A stretch of DNA of 63,998 nucleotides, the filler included, from Stramenopiles sp. TOSAG23-3 (lineage: Eukaryota): assembly GCA_900128585.1 (NCBI GenBank). It is 17 parts of 17 records of this genome, joined end to end, with 100 filler letters (N's around TTAATTAATTAA, not from the genome) between each part and the next. Parts side by side here need not be neighbours in the genome. Positions count along the whole stretch, not along the records: positions 41,712 to 45,392 come from LT644124.1; positions 45,493 to 49,170 come from LT644125.1; positions 49,271 to 52,948 come from LT644126.1; positions 53,049 to 56,723 come from LT644127.1; 13 more parts are not named here. One strand, 5' to 3'. Position numbers and translations under genes: made by a program. The notes beneath the pieces were generated by a model. The model was not told where the DNA came from, made no database searches, and was given only the letters and a program-made list of their open reading frames with translations. Every line of letters begins with the position of its first letter. Position 1 is the stretch's first letter. Positions 44,250 to 55,589 of this stretch are shown here, piece after piece.

Positions 44250-44795
44250 TCAATTGGAACGATCTGCTAATGCGTCCCTTTCTTCCCCACCCGTTTGTTT
44301 TTCCCATTCCTTGTCGAACGCATCAATATTCTCCATCGTTGCCTCCGGCTCCCCCGTTTTATTGACCAGGGAGCGGGCCTCGTGGAGAACTTTCTCCCCC
44401 ACCATTTTCTTCTCGTGCTGCAACTCCATGCCGTTCAAGAGTTTCGCTTCTTTCACAAAATCCCTTCCAGTGTTGTCACGGTAACGTCGTTGAGTTCTAC
44501 AGGTGGTATTGCCATCTCTTGTTTCCGAAATGGACTCGTACGAGTAGACTTGAAAGTTGCAGTTCTCATCGTCGTGCCCCGTCTTCGTTTCCTCCGTGGG
44601 CTCATGGCAATCGTCTTCGCTCTCCGGTTTTTGACGCATGGACATTACGCTTCGGAAGAAGGGGTCGTTTCTGAACTGATCATCAATCGCCGCAAAAGGA
44701 CTCTGCATCCCATTCCTTCGTCCCAGCACATCGTCAAACCTGTCATTAAAAATTGACATCAGGCTGTTCGGTCGTTGTATCCACAGCGAGTTCAT
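44250..44795 (-). CDS. Myeloid leukemia factor (MLF)-like protein
   Basis: N-terminal DPFF/SPF low-complexity region, YSYES...RRYRDNTG, NKTGE...AFDKEW, as in MLF-family C-termini. Confidence 0.55.
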   Translation of the reverse strand: MNSLWIQRPNSLMSIFNDRFDDVLGRRNGMQSPFAAIDDQFRNDPFFRSVMSMRQKPESEDDCHEPTEETKTGHDDENCNFQVYSYESISETRDGNTTCRTQRRYRDNTGRDFVKEAKLLNGMELQHEKKMVGEKVLHEARSLVNKTGEPEATMENIDAFDKEWEKQTGGEERDALADRSN

Positions 44796-45492
44796 GGTGT
44801 TTCTTCGGATTGTCAGGAAGTTGAAGTGTGCGCAAAAAAGAAGATGTTGAGTTAGTTTGGTAAAGCTTTTCGTATTGAATTTTTCGGTTGTGTTTAAAAT
44901 CGTTTTTATTATTTTGTATCTGATGAATTGATGTTAGCTTTTGTTTTCACGAGGACGATTTTGTTTTCTTCTTGTTTTGTTTTCCTCTCTCTCTCTCTCT
45001 CTCTCCCTCTCTCTTGCTTCAAGTGTTATTTTATACCACCACGCACAACAAGAAAAAGTCACTACCTACTACTACTAAAAAATAATATTAATTATTATAA
45101 AAAAAGAAGAAAAAAGAAGAAGAATAAAAATTAACAACAGGAACATAGTATAGGGAGAAAAGGAAGAAATGAAAAATTGAGTATAATAATATAATATTTC
45201 CATAATAATGTAATAATAAAGTGATGAATAATAAGGAGAGATAATGAAGAATGAATGTTGTTCTTGAAAGAAGAATGGGTGGGTATATTGGATTATTTTC
45301 AGGTAGTCTATATTATTATAGTCGTTCTAGCATAGAGATAGAGTGCGTGTCAAGAAGAATGAATGAGTTAAAGTTTTAATAGAGAGCTGTTANNNNNNNN
45401 NNNNNNNNNNNNNNNNNNNNNNNNNNNNNNNNNNNNTTAATTAATTAANNNNNNNNNNNNNNNNNNNNNNNNNNNNNNNNNNNNNNNNNNNN

Positions 45493-46488
45493 GCGCGAAA
45501 ATACCGAAAGGTACTCCCAAGCCAACATCCAAAAACAAGAAAAAGAAGAGGGGAAAGAAGAAGGGGGGGGGGTGCTAAGAAGAACCAGGAAGGCTCTAAA
45601 CAAGAGGAAGGCAAGCCCCCACGGACCCCTAGCATATTGCGATCCCGCAACGCTGGCAACAAGCGGGGTGGAGGGAAGTGGACGACTTCCAAGGTGAAGT
45701 TCAGCAGTATTCATGTCAGAGAATACTCTCGATCGATTGGTGGGGGCGGTGGGGTGCCAGGCGAAGGCTCGTGGTCCCTGGGCTTGGGCACGCTAACAGG
45801 CGAGTACACGGTAGGGACCGTAGACGACTTTGAATCAAATCGGGCAATCGAATTGGAAGAGCGGAAAAGCCAGATCGAAGACCCGTACTTGAGAAGCATA
45901 GCAAACGGCGAAACCCGGCAGTTCAGCCACAAGTCTGGTGTTGGTAACCCTCTCCTGGGTCGCTTGTCTGAGAAGGAGCGCAAGGCGCTGCTAAAGGGTG
46001 AACTAGACGACGGCCCGGAGGCCGAGGAGAAAGGCGGGTTTGATAGCAAAGAGGTCGACCTAATGAGTATTGTCGCAGAGGATAGAAAAGAGGTCAACGA
46101 GATTCGAAAGAGTCGAAAGTACAAGAACCTTGGGTGTGATTGCAACATAAGCTACATAAAACGATTGCCGACTAAAAAGTTGAAGGAGTCGCTTCGGTAC
46201 CATGGATTCGAAGACTTGGGAACAAAACACGTTTTGCAAACTCGCTACATAAGCGAAGTTTTGGTGGTGAAGGGGACCTGCTGCGATAATAATTGCCCAT
46301 GCTACCGCCTGGGCGTTCCTTGCCACGATGTGACGTGCTTGTCGCTCACCAAGTCGAAAAAGCAAAAAGGTCCCGAACTAAAGTGCGGAAATCCCAACGG
46401 GTTTTACAAGTACGACCCGGCGGTAGTGAAGGCCGCGAGAACCCCGAAGTACACGAAAAAGAGAAGGTCGACGAGGGGGACAAAGTGA
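45493..46488 (+). CDS. CSRNP (Axud1)-like cysteine-rich nuclear protein with an embedded SAP-like motif; 5'-truncated
   Basis: VKFSSIHVREY.R..G...VPGEGSWSLGL; IRKSR...GCDC; C...CPC...GVPC...CGNPNG. Confidence 0.7.
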   Translation, partial: ARKYRKVLPSQHPKTRKRRGERRRGGGAKKNQEGSKQEEGKPPRTPSILRSRNAGNKRGGGKWTTSKVKFSSIHVREYSRSIGGGGGVPGEGSWSLGLGTLTGEYTVGTVDDFESNRAIELEERKSQIEDPYLRSIANGETRQFSHKSGVGNPLLGRLSEKERKALLKGELDDGPEAEEKGGFDSKEVDLMSIVAEDRKEVNEIRKSRKYKNLGCDCNISYIKRLPTKKLKESLRYHGFEDLGTKHVLQTRYISEVLVVKGTCCDNNCPCYRLGVPCHDVTCLSLTKSKKQKGPELKCGNPNGFYKYDPAVVKAARTPKYTKKRRSTRGTK

Positions 46489-46845
46489 GCCCTGGGCACC
46501 CTCTCAGTAAACGGATCTAGACCAAATTAGGAGTCTTAGAAGAGGCATAAGTGTGCGTTGAGAAAATAGTATTCTTAGGACCAAGAGTTGCCCATCGCTG
46601 AAAATCTTTTAGAAGAGAGGCCAATTTTCTTGTTTAATTGTATTAGGTTTTTTTCTTCTTTTAACAAATTTTAAATAGCAGCCATTTTCTTTAGTTTTAA
46701 TAAATCCCTTGACTGATTTACAAGGCAGACAATATGGTTTAAGTGTTGATGGTTTAAATTTTTAAAGTGTGCGCTAAGAACTTAAGTTCATCCATATTCT
46801 TAAGATTACTAATTGCCAACTGTGTGGTACCTCTTAATTGTAACA

Positions 46846-47439
46846 TCACTTTTTCTCCCCGTCATCCTTCGAGACGCCTTCTTCCACGACAACCGTATCC
46901 CCAGCTTCGATTTCCAAGCCCGCAATTTCCTCTAGCGCCTCCGAGCTTTCTTCTACAAACCCGGAGCTTTCTTCCGCAATTACTTCCGCTAGATCGCCAC
47001 TCCCTCCCGCACTTGTTCCTAAACGTTTGACGTCCACCCAGTTCTCATCCCAAGGCCGTCGAGGTGGTTTGAGTTCGCCCGGTCGGTCCACAAATTCAAT
47101 TATTGCCATTGGGGCGCCATCCCCACGCCGATTTCTTGTCTTCAAAACACGGGTGTAGCCCCCCGGGCGTTCGGTGTAGTTCGGGCCTATCTCACTCCAC
47201 AGCTTGTGCAAGGCGACATAGTCACGGACCACGGCGTTTGCTTGTCGCTTTGCGTGCTGATCTCCTCGCTTCGCTAACGTAACCATGTTTTCAGCAACCC
47301 TTCGCAACTCCTTTGCTTTTGCAACGGTGGTTTCTATGCGCCCGTGATGAATCAAAGAGGTGACCATATTCCTAAGCATGGCCCACCTATGCTTTGCCGT
47401 TCTTCCTAGTTTTCGATGTTTAATTCGGTGCTTCACCAT
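46846..47439 (-). CDS. MRPL17: Organellar (mitochondrial) ribosomal protein bL17
   Basis: [39 protein letters not shown]...RPGGYTRV...[12 protein letters not shown]. Confidence 0.96.
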   Translation of the reverse strand: MVKHRIKHRKLGRTAKHRWAMLRNMVTSLIHHGRIETTVAKAKELRRVAENMVTLAKRGDQHAKRQANAVVRDYVALHKLWSEIGPNYTERPGGYTRVLKTRNRRGDGAPMAIIEFVDRPGELKPPRRPWDENWVDVKRLGTSAGGSGDLAEVIAEESSGFVEESSEALEEIAGLEIEAGDTVVVEEGVSKDDGEKK

Positions 47440-48321
47440 GGTGGCTAATATGTATATGTATATACGTACGTACGTCCTCTTCTTCTTCCACTCCTATTTC
47501 TTAAAAAATCAATCCTCTTTTTGTAGTGCTTTATAAAAAAAATTTGTAATCATCCAACGACATGATATCAAAAAAAAAAAGTAGTAATAAGTGTTCTATT
47601 ATTCAATTTTATAATATAATACACATAGACGATTATGAATGTACCACTCTGTAAAAAAAAAAAAAAGTTCAAAAAAAAATAAAAATTCTACGAACAACAA
47701 CAACTACTACGCTGCGAGCTGCGGAGCTGCGGAGAGAGAGAGAGAGAAAGGAAGAAGAGAGTCGAAGAAGAAGAGAGATGGATGATACAAATCGTACGTT
47801 CATATTATAGCTACCGTACGTAGTCCTATTTTTAATACAAGTACAAATTACTTACAGCCATAAAAGAGGACTTCTTTATTTTAAATTACGAGGAGGACGG
47901 GGGCGGACGGGGCGGGGCGGACGGAGTCAAGTAGGATAATTAAATAGTCGATCTAGTATTCTAAGTATACGATTAATTATAGTAAATATAGTTTTATTGA
48001 CTTGATCAATTTAATTTATGGTTTGTATATGCTATGCCATGTTATTTAAAATTAATACTATGTATGTATGTATGTGTATGAGGATGATGATGATGTGATG
48101 ATGTTGACTTTTTTCATACTACTGGTTGGTCTGGTCGTACCGTTCCTTCTTCTTCTTCTTCGCACATTTTTTAATTTTTGCTTTGTGGCAGTCGATGAAA
48201 GTATTAGTTGAGATTAAATGCAAACGTATAGAATTGGGAATACGATAGATTTTCATAGTTCACAACCTATAGGGGTAAATAACTCTGAGATATTGTAGTT
48301 TTATCTGGTTAGTTTTTAAAG

Positions 48322-48873
48322 ATGAGTAATAGTTCCGCGAGCGAAAGTAACAGTAGCAGCAGTAGCGACGAGAGTGACTCGGAGGGTGAAAATGAAGTTC
48401 AGAGTATCCGTGGTGTAGATTGGTTGAAGGCTGGAATAAATCCTCATGGAGACGACGAGGTTCAGCCGAACCATGCCGAGGCTGGCAAAGATAGCGCAGC
48501 AAATGATGGCATAGGGCCGGAGCAGTTTCAATACATTGAAGCGTTTCTTTCTAAGAAAGGAAAAACTTTGTACCGTTGTTCTTTGTGCCCGTCGAAAGGG
48601 CCCTTTCCCTCAGAGGAGGCTGTCGTCGACTTTATGAAAGGGAAATATTTCCTGGGCCAGTTGCGAAAAATCACCCGACTTTTAAACCCCAAAAAAGAAG
48701 TAGACGAAGAAGCGCTGAAGAGCAAGCTTGAGAAACGCAAGGAAAGGCAACAGCTGAAGCGAAAGGCAAAGAATGCAAATTTGACTCCAGCGCAGATCAA
48801 AGCAAAGAAAGAGAAATTTCAACGTAAAAAACAACGGAGGGAGGAGCGAAAGAAGGCCAAAGCAAACGAGTAA
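48322..48873 (+). CDS. Hypothetical nucleolar-type protein (acidic/Ser N-terminus, degenerate zinc-finger-like CxxC, basic tail)
   Basis: 183-aa ATG-to-TAA ORF with coding-like GC in AT-rich flanks; YRCSLCP; K/R-rich C-terminus. Confidence 0.7.
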   Translation: MSNSSASESNSSSSSDESDSEGENEVQSIRGVDWLKAGINPHGDDEVQPNHAEAGKDSAANDGIGPEQFQYIEAFLSKKGKTLYRCSLCPSKGPFPSEEAVVDFMKGKYFLGQLRKITRLLNPKKEVDEEALKSKLEKRKERQQLKRKAKNANLTPAQIKAKKEKFQRKKQRREERKKAKANE

Positions 48874-49097
48874 AACTAGAGCCTGCTCGTCCAGAACGAG
48901 GATAGGACTATCTCGACCTGTTGCCGTCTTTACCTGTTCAATTTAATGTATAAATATATAGACCTTTGTAAAATCAATATAATAAATACTATAGAAAATA
49001 AATAATGAAATAAATTATAATCGTCTTTATGTTTGAAAGTAGTAATACAGGAGGTATGATATGTTGTATTATTTTTTATATAAAAATATTAATTATT

Positions 49098-49170
49098 TCT
49101 TTCTTTCTTCTTCTTCTTCTTCTTCTTCTTCTTCTTCTTCTCTCTTCTTCTTCTTCTTCTTCTTCTTCTT
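49098..49170 (+). repeat. (TTC)n microsatellite at contig end
   Basis: Direct observation. Confidence 0.9.
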
Positions 49171-49271
49171 NNNNNNNNNNNNNNNNNNNNNNNNNNNNNN
49201 NNNNNNNNNNNNNNTTAATTAATTAANNNNNNNNNNNNNNNNNNNNNNNNNNNNNNNNNNNNNNNNNNNNG

Positions 49272-50882
49272 CACGACATAATTAGCAGGCGGGGTTGGAA
49301 AACGATCGCGCAGTTTCAAGCCGAACATGCAGCGAAAGAAAAAGCCGCCATGGAGAAAAAGGCGCGGCTGGATGCAATGCGTGAAGTCGTTCAAATTGCT
49401 TTCCAGAGGTACGACAAGGACAACAGCGGCAGCATTGACATTAATGAAGTTAGCGAAATGATGCGGGAAGAGTTGCACGAACCGATAGAAGGGCAAGAGC
49501 TGGAGGCGTGCATGGAGGAAATGGACAAAGATGGGAACGGCGTGATCGATTTCGAAGAGTTTTTGGACTGGTTTACGTCCGAAAAAGTCTACGGTCGCCA
49601 GGCCAGCAAAATTTTGAAGGCAATCCGTTTCAAAATGAGAGTGGAAGCAAATGCCTTAAAAGCGGCACGGAAAGCTGCCGCAGTAACGGACAAGGTATTG
49701 ACGAAAGGCTTCGAAAAAATTGCGGTGGGAATCGACAAATTCTCGGCTATGAAGAAAAAAGTGGAAGAACGGTTGGAGGAAACCAAACAGAAAGCTTACG
49801 AAGACTTCGTCCCTGAAAAAATAAAGGACAGGATTGAAAACCCGTTGGTACCAGGAACGGCTGTGCCACCGATTGATTTCGGGCATTACGAGGAGAAGAA
49901 GTTAGTGTTCGTGCGGTGGTGCCGCGAAGAATTCTTGATTGACATTCCGCCTGCCGACTGGTTGGAAGACGACAAGGCAAAAGATGCCTTCGAGGAAATT
50001 TTCATCCCTGCGTACAACGCTGGCCGTTTGAAGCTGCGGCACTACCACGACGGCCGAGTATTCAAATACGACGATGCTCGATGGAAGCAAGAGTGGATTC
50101 CAGACATTATGGAATTCCAGTACAGGAACTTGAAGACCAAAGAGGTCGAAAGGCTAGACCCAGAATGGTACGATAAATGCGAAGAAGCCGCGGAAAAGGC
50201 CTTCAAAAGTTACGACAAAGACAACAGCGGTGCTCTTAACGAAAAAGAATTGAAAGATCTTCTCAGTTGGGATTTGTGCAAACCCGTCAAAGGCAGAAAT
50301 TTAAAGCGGTTGATGGTAGAGATGGACATTAATGGAGACGGCGTGATTGACTTTGACGAGTTTCTTCCGTGGTACGCTGAGCAAACGGACCCGAACGGGA
50401 ACAATGGAGAGTGGGTGCGCGCAATCGAGCAAAAGGCGTTAGAGGCGGCGCTGAAATCCAGAAAAGCAGCCAAAAGCTCAGCCATAGCTTCGGCAAAGCT
50501 AGCGAAAGAGGCCGCAATGGCGGGAAAGTACAGACTGTACGATAAATTCGTTGCGTCGCCAGCGTATTTAAAACTAGTGCACGAACTGAGGTACGAGCGC
50601 ATTCCTGCTGAAAAAGCGGTCTCCATTTGCAACCATGATTTTGAACAGTCTCTCACGTGGCTGAAGGGAAAAGGGTTCGACCCATTACCCGAACTGACCG
50701 CCGAAGAAAAGTTGGAGAAGAAGAAAAACTCCATGCGATACAAGGCGAAGAAAAAAATGCGCGATAGCTTCCGAAAGTCAAAGTTTGCAAGCCGTTTAAT
50801 CCACAAAGTAGGCATGGCCCGGTTGCTTCAGAAAGACAAGGACGACACCGAGAGCGAGGAGGACGACGAAGACGACTATTGA
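49272..50882 (+). CDS. EF-hand protein (two EF-hand pairs, with WW-like and UBA-like segments); probably 5'-truncated
   Basis: DKDNSGSIDINE, DKDGNGVIDFEE, DKDNSGALNEKE, DINGDGVIDFDE; frame open from contig start. Confidence 0.9.
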   Translation, partial: HDIISRRGWKTIAQFQAEHAAKEKAAMEKKARLDAMREVVQIAFQRYDKDNSGSIDINEVSEMMREELHEPIEGQELEACMEEMDKDGNGVIDFEEFLDWFTSEKVYGRQASKILKAIRFKMRVEANALKAARKAAAVTDKVLTKGFEKIAVGIDKFSAMKKKVEERLEETKQKAYEDFVPEKIKDRIENPLVPGTAVPPIDFGHYEEKKLVFVRWCREEFLIDIPPADWLEDDKAKDAFEEIFIPAYNAGRLKLRHYHDGRVFKYDDARWKQEWIPDIMEFQYRNLKTKEVERLDPEWYDKCEEAAEKAFKSYDKDNSGALNEKELKDLLSWDLCKPVKGRNLKRLMVEMDINGDGVIDFDEFLPWYAEQTDPNGNNGEWVRAIEQKALEAALKSRKAAKSSAIASAKLAKEAAMAGKYRLYDKFVASPAYLKLVHELRYERIPAEKAVSICNHDFEQSLTWLKGKGFDPLPELTAEEKLEKKKNSMRYKAKKKMRDSFRKSKFASRLIHKVGMARLLQKDKDDTESEEDDEDDY

Positions 50883-51027
50883 ATTAAACTGAAAATAAAA
50901 GATATAGAAACTATATACACTTAGTAGTAGTATAGTTGGATAGTGTCGTCTACTATTCTGTTAGTTATTACAGCTATTAAAAAATTATTTGCCTGCTACA
51001 CCGGGTAATAATATAATATTACCCGTT

Positions 51028-51105
51028 CCAGGTACGGTACCTGGTACCTGGTACCTGTACCAGGTACCTGGTACCAGGTACCCAGGTATTAATACTACCT
51101 GGTAC
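51028..51105. repeat. Self-complementary GGTACC(T/A) short-repeat cluster
   Basis: ggtacctggtacctggtacctgtaccaggtacctggtaccaggtacccagg. Confidence 0.85.
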
Positions 51106-51298
51106 TCACGCACAACTCCTTCTTCTTTCGGCGGCAAAAAAAAGTCGGTAGTAAGTCGTGTAGTTGAGAAGTACTTCTCTTCAACCTTGATGAATAAACG
51201 AACGAAACACTAAAATGACTTAAGAAGGATTAGGGAATAAGTAATGTATCCTTGAGTCAAACGAAACAAAACAATTGTTAAATAAAAGGGTAAAAACC

Positions 51299-51673
51299 AT
51301 GGCATCGATTACAGAGGTATTAAAACGAGAAGAAGAACAACAGCATGATTTCCAAACCATCTTTGGTATCGACCATCGAAGTGACGGTACCGGTGAGGAA
51401 ATGACGCGATTATTGCTTTCATTTTTGGACAACAGCGAAGATCCAAAGACCATTGCTGCATTACAATGTGTCAATAAAATGCACAGAAACTGTCTCGAAG
51501 ATACGTTGGCATGTGCTAAAAAGATTTATTGGCCTGCAGTGGAAGAAAAAAGAAGGAAAAGAAAGATAGTGGAAGAGATGGAAAAGTGGCGTAAACAACT
51601 TAGGGATAAGGAGATGTATGAGCGTAACAATGTCAACCCACAATACGCATTTTGTTCACAATTTGGTTTTTAG
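51299..51673 (+). CDS. Small protein with the same F-box-like module as the ankyrin gene at 39988
   Basis: FQTIF...LLSFLDNSEDPKTIAALQCVNK...CLEDTLACAKK. Confidence 0.75.
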   Translation: MASITEVLKREEEQQHDFQTIFGIDHRSDGTGEEMTRLLLSFLDNSEDPKTIAALQCVNKMHRNCLEDTLACAKKIYWPAVEEKRRKRKIVEEMEKWRKQLRDKEMYERNNVNPQYAFCSQFGF

Positions 51674-51800
51674 TACAAGGACACGTGGATCAATTTAAAG
51701 TTAAAATCACAACAATACATTTTAAATAAATTAATCTATACGGCATCATATACTTGCGAAAAAGGTATATACGAACTTAAGAACTTTTAGACGACTACTA

Positions 51801-52948
51801 TTAAGGAGAATTCAACTTGCCGTCCGGGTTGGGCTCGAGTTTATTCCGTTTCGGCGAAGGGGACTCGTCCGCGGATGGTCGTGGATGTTCCAAGTTTATG
51901 CCTGAGCCCGAACTGTTATTTCCCCCTGTTAATCTTTGAAGTTGCTTCCTTAGACCTGCAATTATATGTTTATCGGCTTGTCTAATAAAATTTTTATCTT
52001 TCTGCAACTTCTCGGATGCATACTCTAAAGCCGCCGGATCTTGTTTCACAGCTTCCATCATAATCTCTCGATTACTCTTGATCTCAGGGGATGCAAACAT
52101 TATAGCAGCCCAATGCTCTTTGACGGCTGCCATCACAAGATCTTGATGATCATTTTGGAACTCATGGGATATGTAGAGTAAAGCCTGCCCATTTTCATCC
52201 AAAGCTTTCCGCACAATCTCTTCATCACCCTTTAACTCAATAGATGCATACTTTAAAGCATCCCAATCTTGTTCTACAGCTTTTAGCACAATCGCTCGAT
52301 CATTCTTTAACTCATAGGATGCAAATTCTAATGCTCTCCAATTTTGTTCCACGGCTTTCGTCACAATATCTCGATCATTCTTCAACTCTTTGTCTGCATA
52401 TGCTAGAGATTTCCAATCTTGTTCCACGGCTTTCGTCACGATCTCTCGGTTACTCTTCACCTTATCGGATGCAAAGCACAAAAGCTGCCCTTCTTGTTTC
52501 ACAGCATTCAACATAAACTTTTCATCATTCTTCAAATCATTGGATGCGTAGTAAAGACAGTATGGGTGATGTTTCATTGCTTCTTTCATAAAACTTTTAT
52601 CAGTCTTCAACTCATCTGATGCATGGTCGAAAACATCTAAACGTTGTTCACATCTTGTTACACGTTGTTTCAAAGTTTCCAGCACAACTTCCTTTTCAAT
52701 ATCGAGTGCGGATATCCCACATTGTTTCGAACAAAAATTATACCTTTCAACATCTGTTTTCAAAAAAAATTGGAAAAAGAGCTTTCGTGCCTTTGTAATA
52801 CCCTGTGATCCTGGAAAGGGGCATTTGCTGAGAGCGGTCCCCTCATTACTAATGGACCAATCTCTCTTCTTATCCTCGTTGAACATATCCACGACTTCTT
52901 TGGTGCACTGAATCCTTTTTTTTTTCCCACCAATGTGCAGTATGTGCG
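51801..52948 (-). CDS. DUF4116-type ~25-aa helical repeat protein; 5'-truncated
   Basis: About nine repeats of AL.YAS.ELKNDREIV.KAVEQD; frame open to the contig end. Confidence 0.88.
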
Positions 52949-53433
52949 NNNNNNNNNNNNNNNNNNNNNNNNNNNNNNNNNNNNNNNNNNNNTTAATTAA
53001 TTAANNNNNNNNNNNNNNNNNNNNNNNNNNNNNNNNNNNNNNNNNNNNAATTGTTGTGTTAGTTCTTGTGATTTTATCTTTTGTCTTGAATCGAGGCACG
53101 CAGTTTTAACATTGCATACATTAATGAAATAATAATAATCTAAATGCTTTGGACGATTACCACCACCGGCGTTTCTTTATTATTTTTGATGATGATTTAT
53201 AGTAGCTCACCGTTGCTCATAAATGTTAATTTAAGAAGAGTAGTACACGAAAGACGATTATATAGAGACTCACAGCTATTATTCTTTCACTGAGATTCAC
53301 ACACCACCCTCCACTTTGTCTCCACATCATCATTTCACTTCGATAGAACCGACTTCTTCTTTCTTACTTTGAATTATTACCCTATTTTATAACACTAACT
53401 AACTATAATATGTATCTGATAATGTAATAGAAG

Positions 53434-53519
53434 GAAGAGGTATCGTACGGGTTAGTGTTAGGGTTAGTGTTCACTAGAAGAGGTATCGTACGGGTTAGTG
53501 TTAAGGTTAGTGTTCACTG
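53434..53519 (+). repeat. 43-bp tandem duplication containing telomere-like GGTTAG/TTAGGG hexamers
   Basis: GAAGAGGTATCGTACGGGTTAGTGTTA(G/A)GGTTAGTGTTCACT(A/G) twice, starting 53434 and 53477. Confidence 0.9.
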
Positions 53520-53722
53520 GAATAACAGAATACAGAAGAAAGAAGAGAGAGAAGAAGATGTGATTGAGATTCTTTTCCCCCATTCAATCAACAACAAAAC
53601 ATCTACAAAGAAGAGATTGCGTTGTAATTAATAGCTACTACGATATGTTGCATAATGTGTTTTAAATCGAAAGGAAATCATTAAAGGCAACTAAATTGTG
53701 TTATTGTATGCTTGGCATTGCC

Positions 53723-55480
53723 ATGAAAGTGATAGTACTTTTCTATGTTTACGTCTGGGCTGCCCTGCCATTTGTTTATGCTTCTGAGAGCATCGAACAG
53801 AATGAGCAGCGAGTGTACTTGGAGCCAGAAGGTGGGACGATATCGTTCTCCAAACATTGGGAGCGGGGCAGCCGTTGCACCCCAAAGGAAGAAATTACCA
53901 TTCATACAAAATTAACCCTATCGCCAGAAGTGTCCATGAAACTTGAAAAAAGACTTCTTACTGTGAGCGACCCAACCTCAGAAGACTATGGGAAATACTT
54001 TTCGCGCGAAGAGTTAACCAAGTTCCTTGCCGTTTCTGACGAGCAAGTGAAGACGGTTCGCCGTTTTTTAGGTGTTCGCGATTCGAAATTGACTGTATCG
54101 CCACATAAAGATGCAATTGAGGCAACAATGAGCTGTGCACAAGCCGAGGCTATTTTTCGCGTGAAACTGTTCTCTTACACTCACGTTCACACAAATACCA
54201 CTACGGTTCGGGCCTCCCAACGATACTCCGTGCCGTCTACGGTTGCCCCCTACCTGTCCATCGTTTCCGGACTAAGCAGTGTTCCCATACGGCGGTTTCG
54301 CTTGAAGCTGTCGGGTAGCTCTCAAAGCGTAAATTCTGGTTTTCAAGGATCTCCATGGAAAAGTTGTAGTGCCAACTGCGATGGCCAGATCGTCCCTTCA
54401 GTACTCCAAAGTCAATACAGAATTCCAACGTCGACTATACCCGCAACGGCTATCGCAAGTGGCATGGCTGTTGCAGAGTTTGCGTCCAATTGGGACCAAG
54501 AGGGGCTTAATGCGTTCGCAAACGCCTGTGCGCTTCCCGTCAATTTGACTGTTGATCGTATGGTTGGAACGAACGGCGCTGGCATATGTCAGTCACGCCA
54601 CGGTGGGCCTACGTGTGCAGAAGCTATGTTAGACATTACGTACATCAAGGCGCTGGCAGGGAATATCAAGCTGACCGATGTCTTTCAAAGTAACGAGTTT
54701 TCGATCCAAAAGTGGGCACTTGAAGTGGCACAAATGTCGGACAGAGAGATCCCGCTTGTCCAATCGGTGAGCTTTGGTGAGGACGAGCATGAGCTACCGT
54801 CGGTACCTTACATGAACGAGTGCAACGTAGAGTTTCAAAAACTCGGCCTAAGAGGTGTGACCATTCTGTTCGCAAGTGGTGATGGTGGAGTGTGGGGGGA
54901 GAGGAGGAACCACCGGAGGGGTGTTCCATCCCGATTTTCCAGCCTCAAGTCCGTACGTGACGGCTGTCGGCGGCACTGTCTTGTCGACGGCTGGAACGAT
55001 TGGGAACGAGACGGCGTGGAGCAATTCGGGTGGAGGATTTTCTAATGTATTTCCGCAACCATCGTACCAAAAGGGGGGCAGTTTCAGATTACATCAAAAA
55101 GAGCATCGAACTCTCTTCCTCAACAAAAGTATTGGAATAGTACGGGAAGAGCATATCCTGATGTAAGTGCTCTTGCAGGTGGGCAGAACGCATATTGTGT
55201 CAGTGTCGATGGCAAGTCTTTCAACGCGTTTACTGGCACGTCAGCATCGACCCCAGTATGGGCTGCAATAATAGCTCGGTTGAACACGATTCGCGTTGCA
55301 AAAGGAGGCAAGCCCCTGGGTTTCCTTAATCCGCTCATTTATAAGAACCCCCAGGCTTTTTTTGATGTCACGTCGGGAATTAACTCTGCGGGCACGGGGG
55401 AAGGCTTTGCGGCAACGACAGGATGGGATCCAGCAACCGGCATGGGCACTCCAAACTTTAATGCTTTGGCCAAACTGTAA
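53723..55480 (+). CDS. Sedolisin/tripeptidyl-peptidase I-like S53 peptidase with three +1 homopolymer frameshifts (~54895, ~55075, ~55098)
   Basis: Signal peptide; prodomain [70 protein letters not shown]; removing one base from each run restores the frame. Confidence 0.92.
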
Positions 55481-55589
55481 AAAAAAAGGATGAATTTAAC
55501 AAATATAGAGTGTGTACTTAAATTATGTTTTCATGAATACGAACGAGGACTGTCTAATAAAAATATTTAACTGAATGGATAGGAGACTG

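Noticed and set aside
42606..44795. J-domain gene next to an MLF-like gene as a functional pair (animal MLF binds a DnaJ co-chaperone)
   Set aside because: This J protein is a membrane-bound class C type, not the soluble DNAJB type; convergent adjacency is probably coincidental and the MLF call is tentative.
54890..55100. Programmed frameshifting in the S53 peptidase (also at 17770 and 58600)
   Set aside because: The S53 and 17770 breaks are single extra bases in G or A homopolymers, and the breaks share no slippery-site/stop motif. Sequencing or assembly error is more parsimonious, though recent pseudogenisation cannot be excluded.
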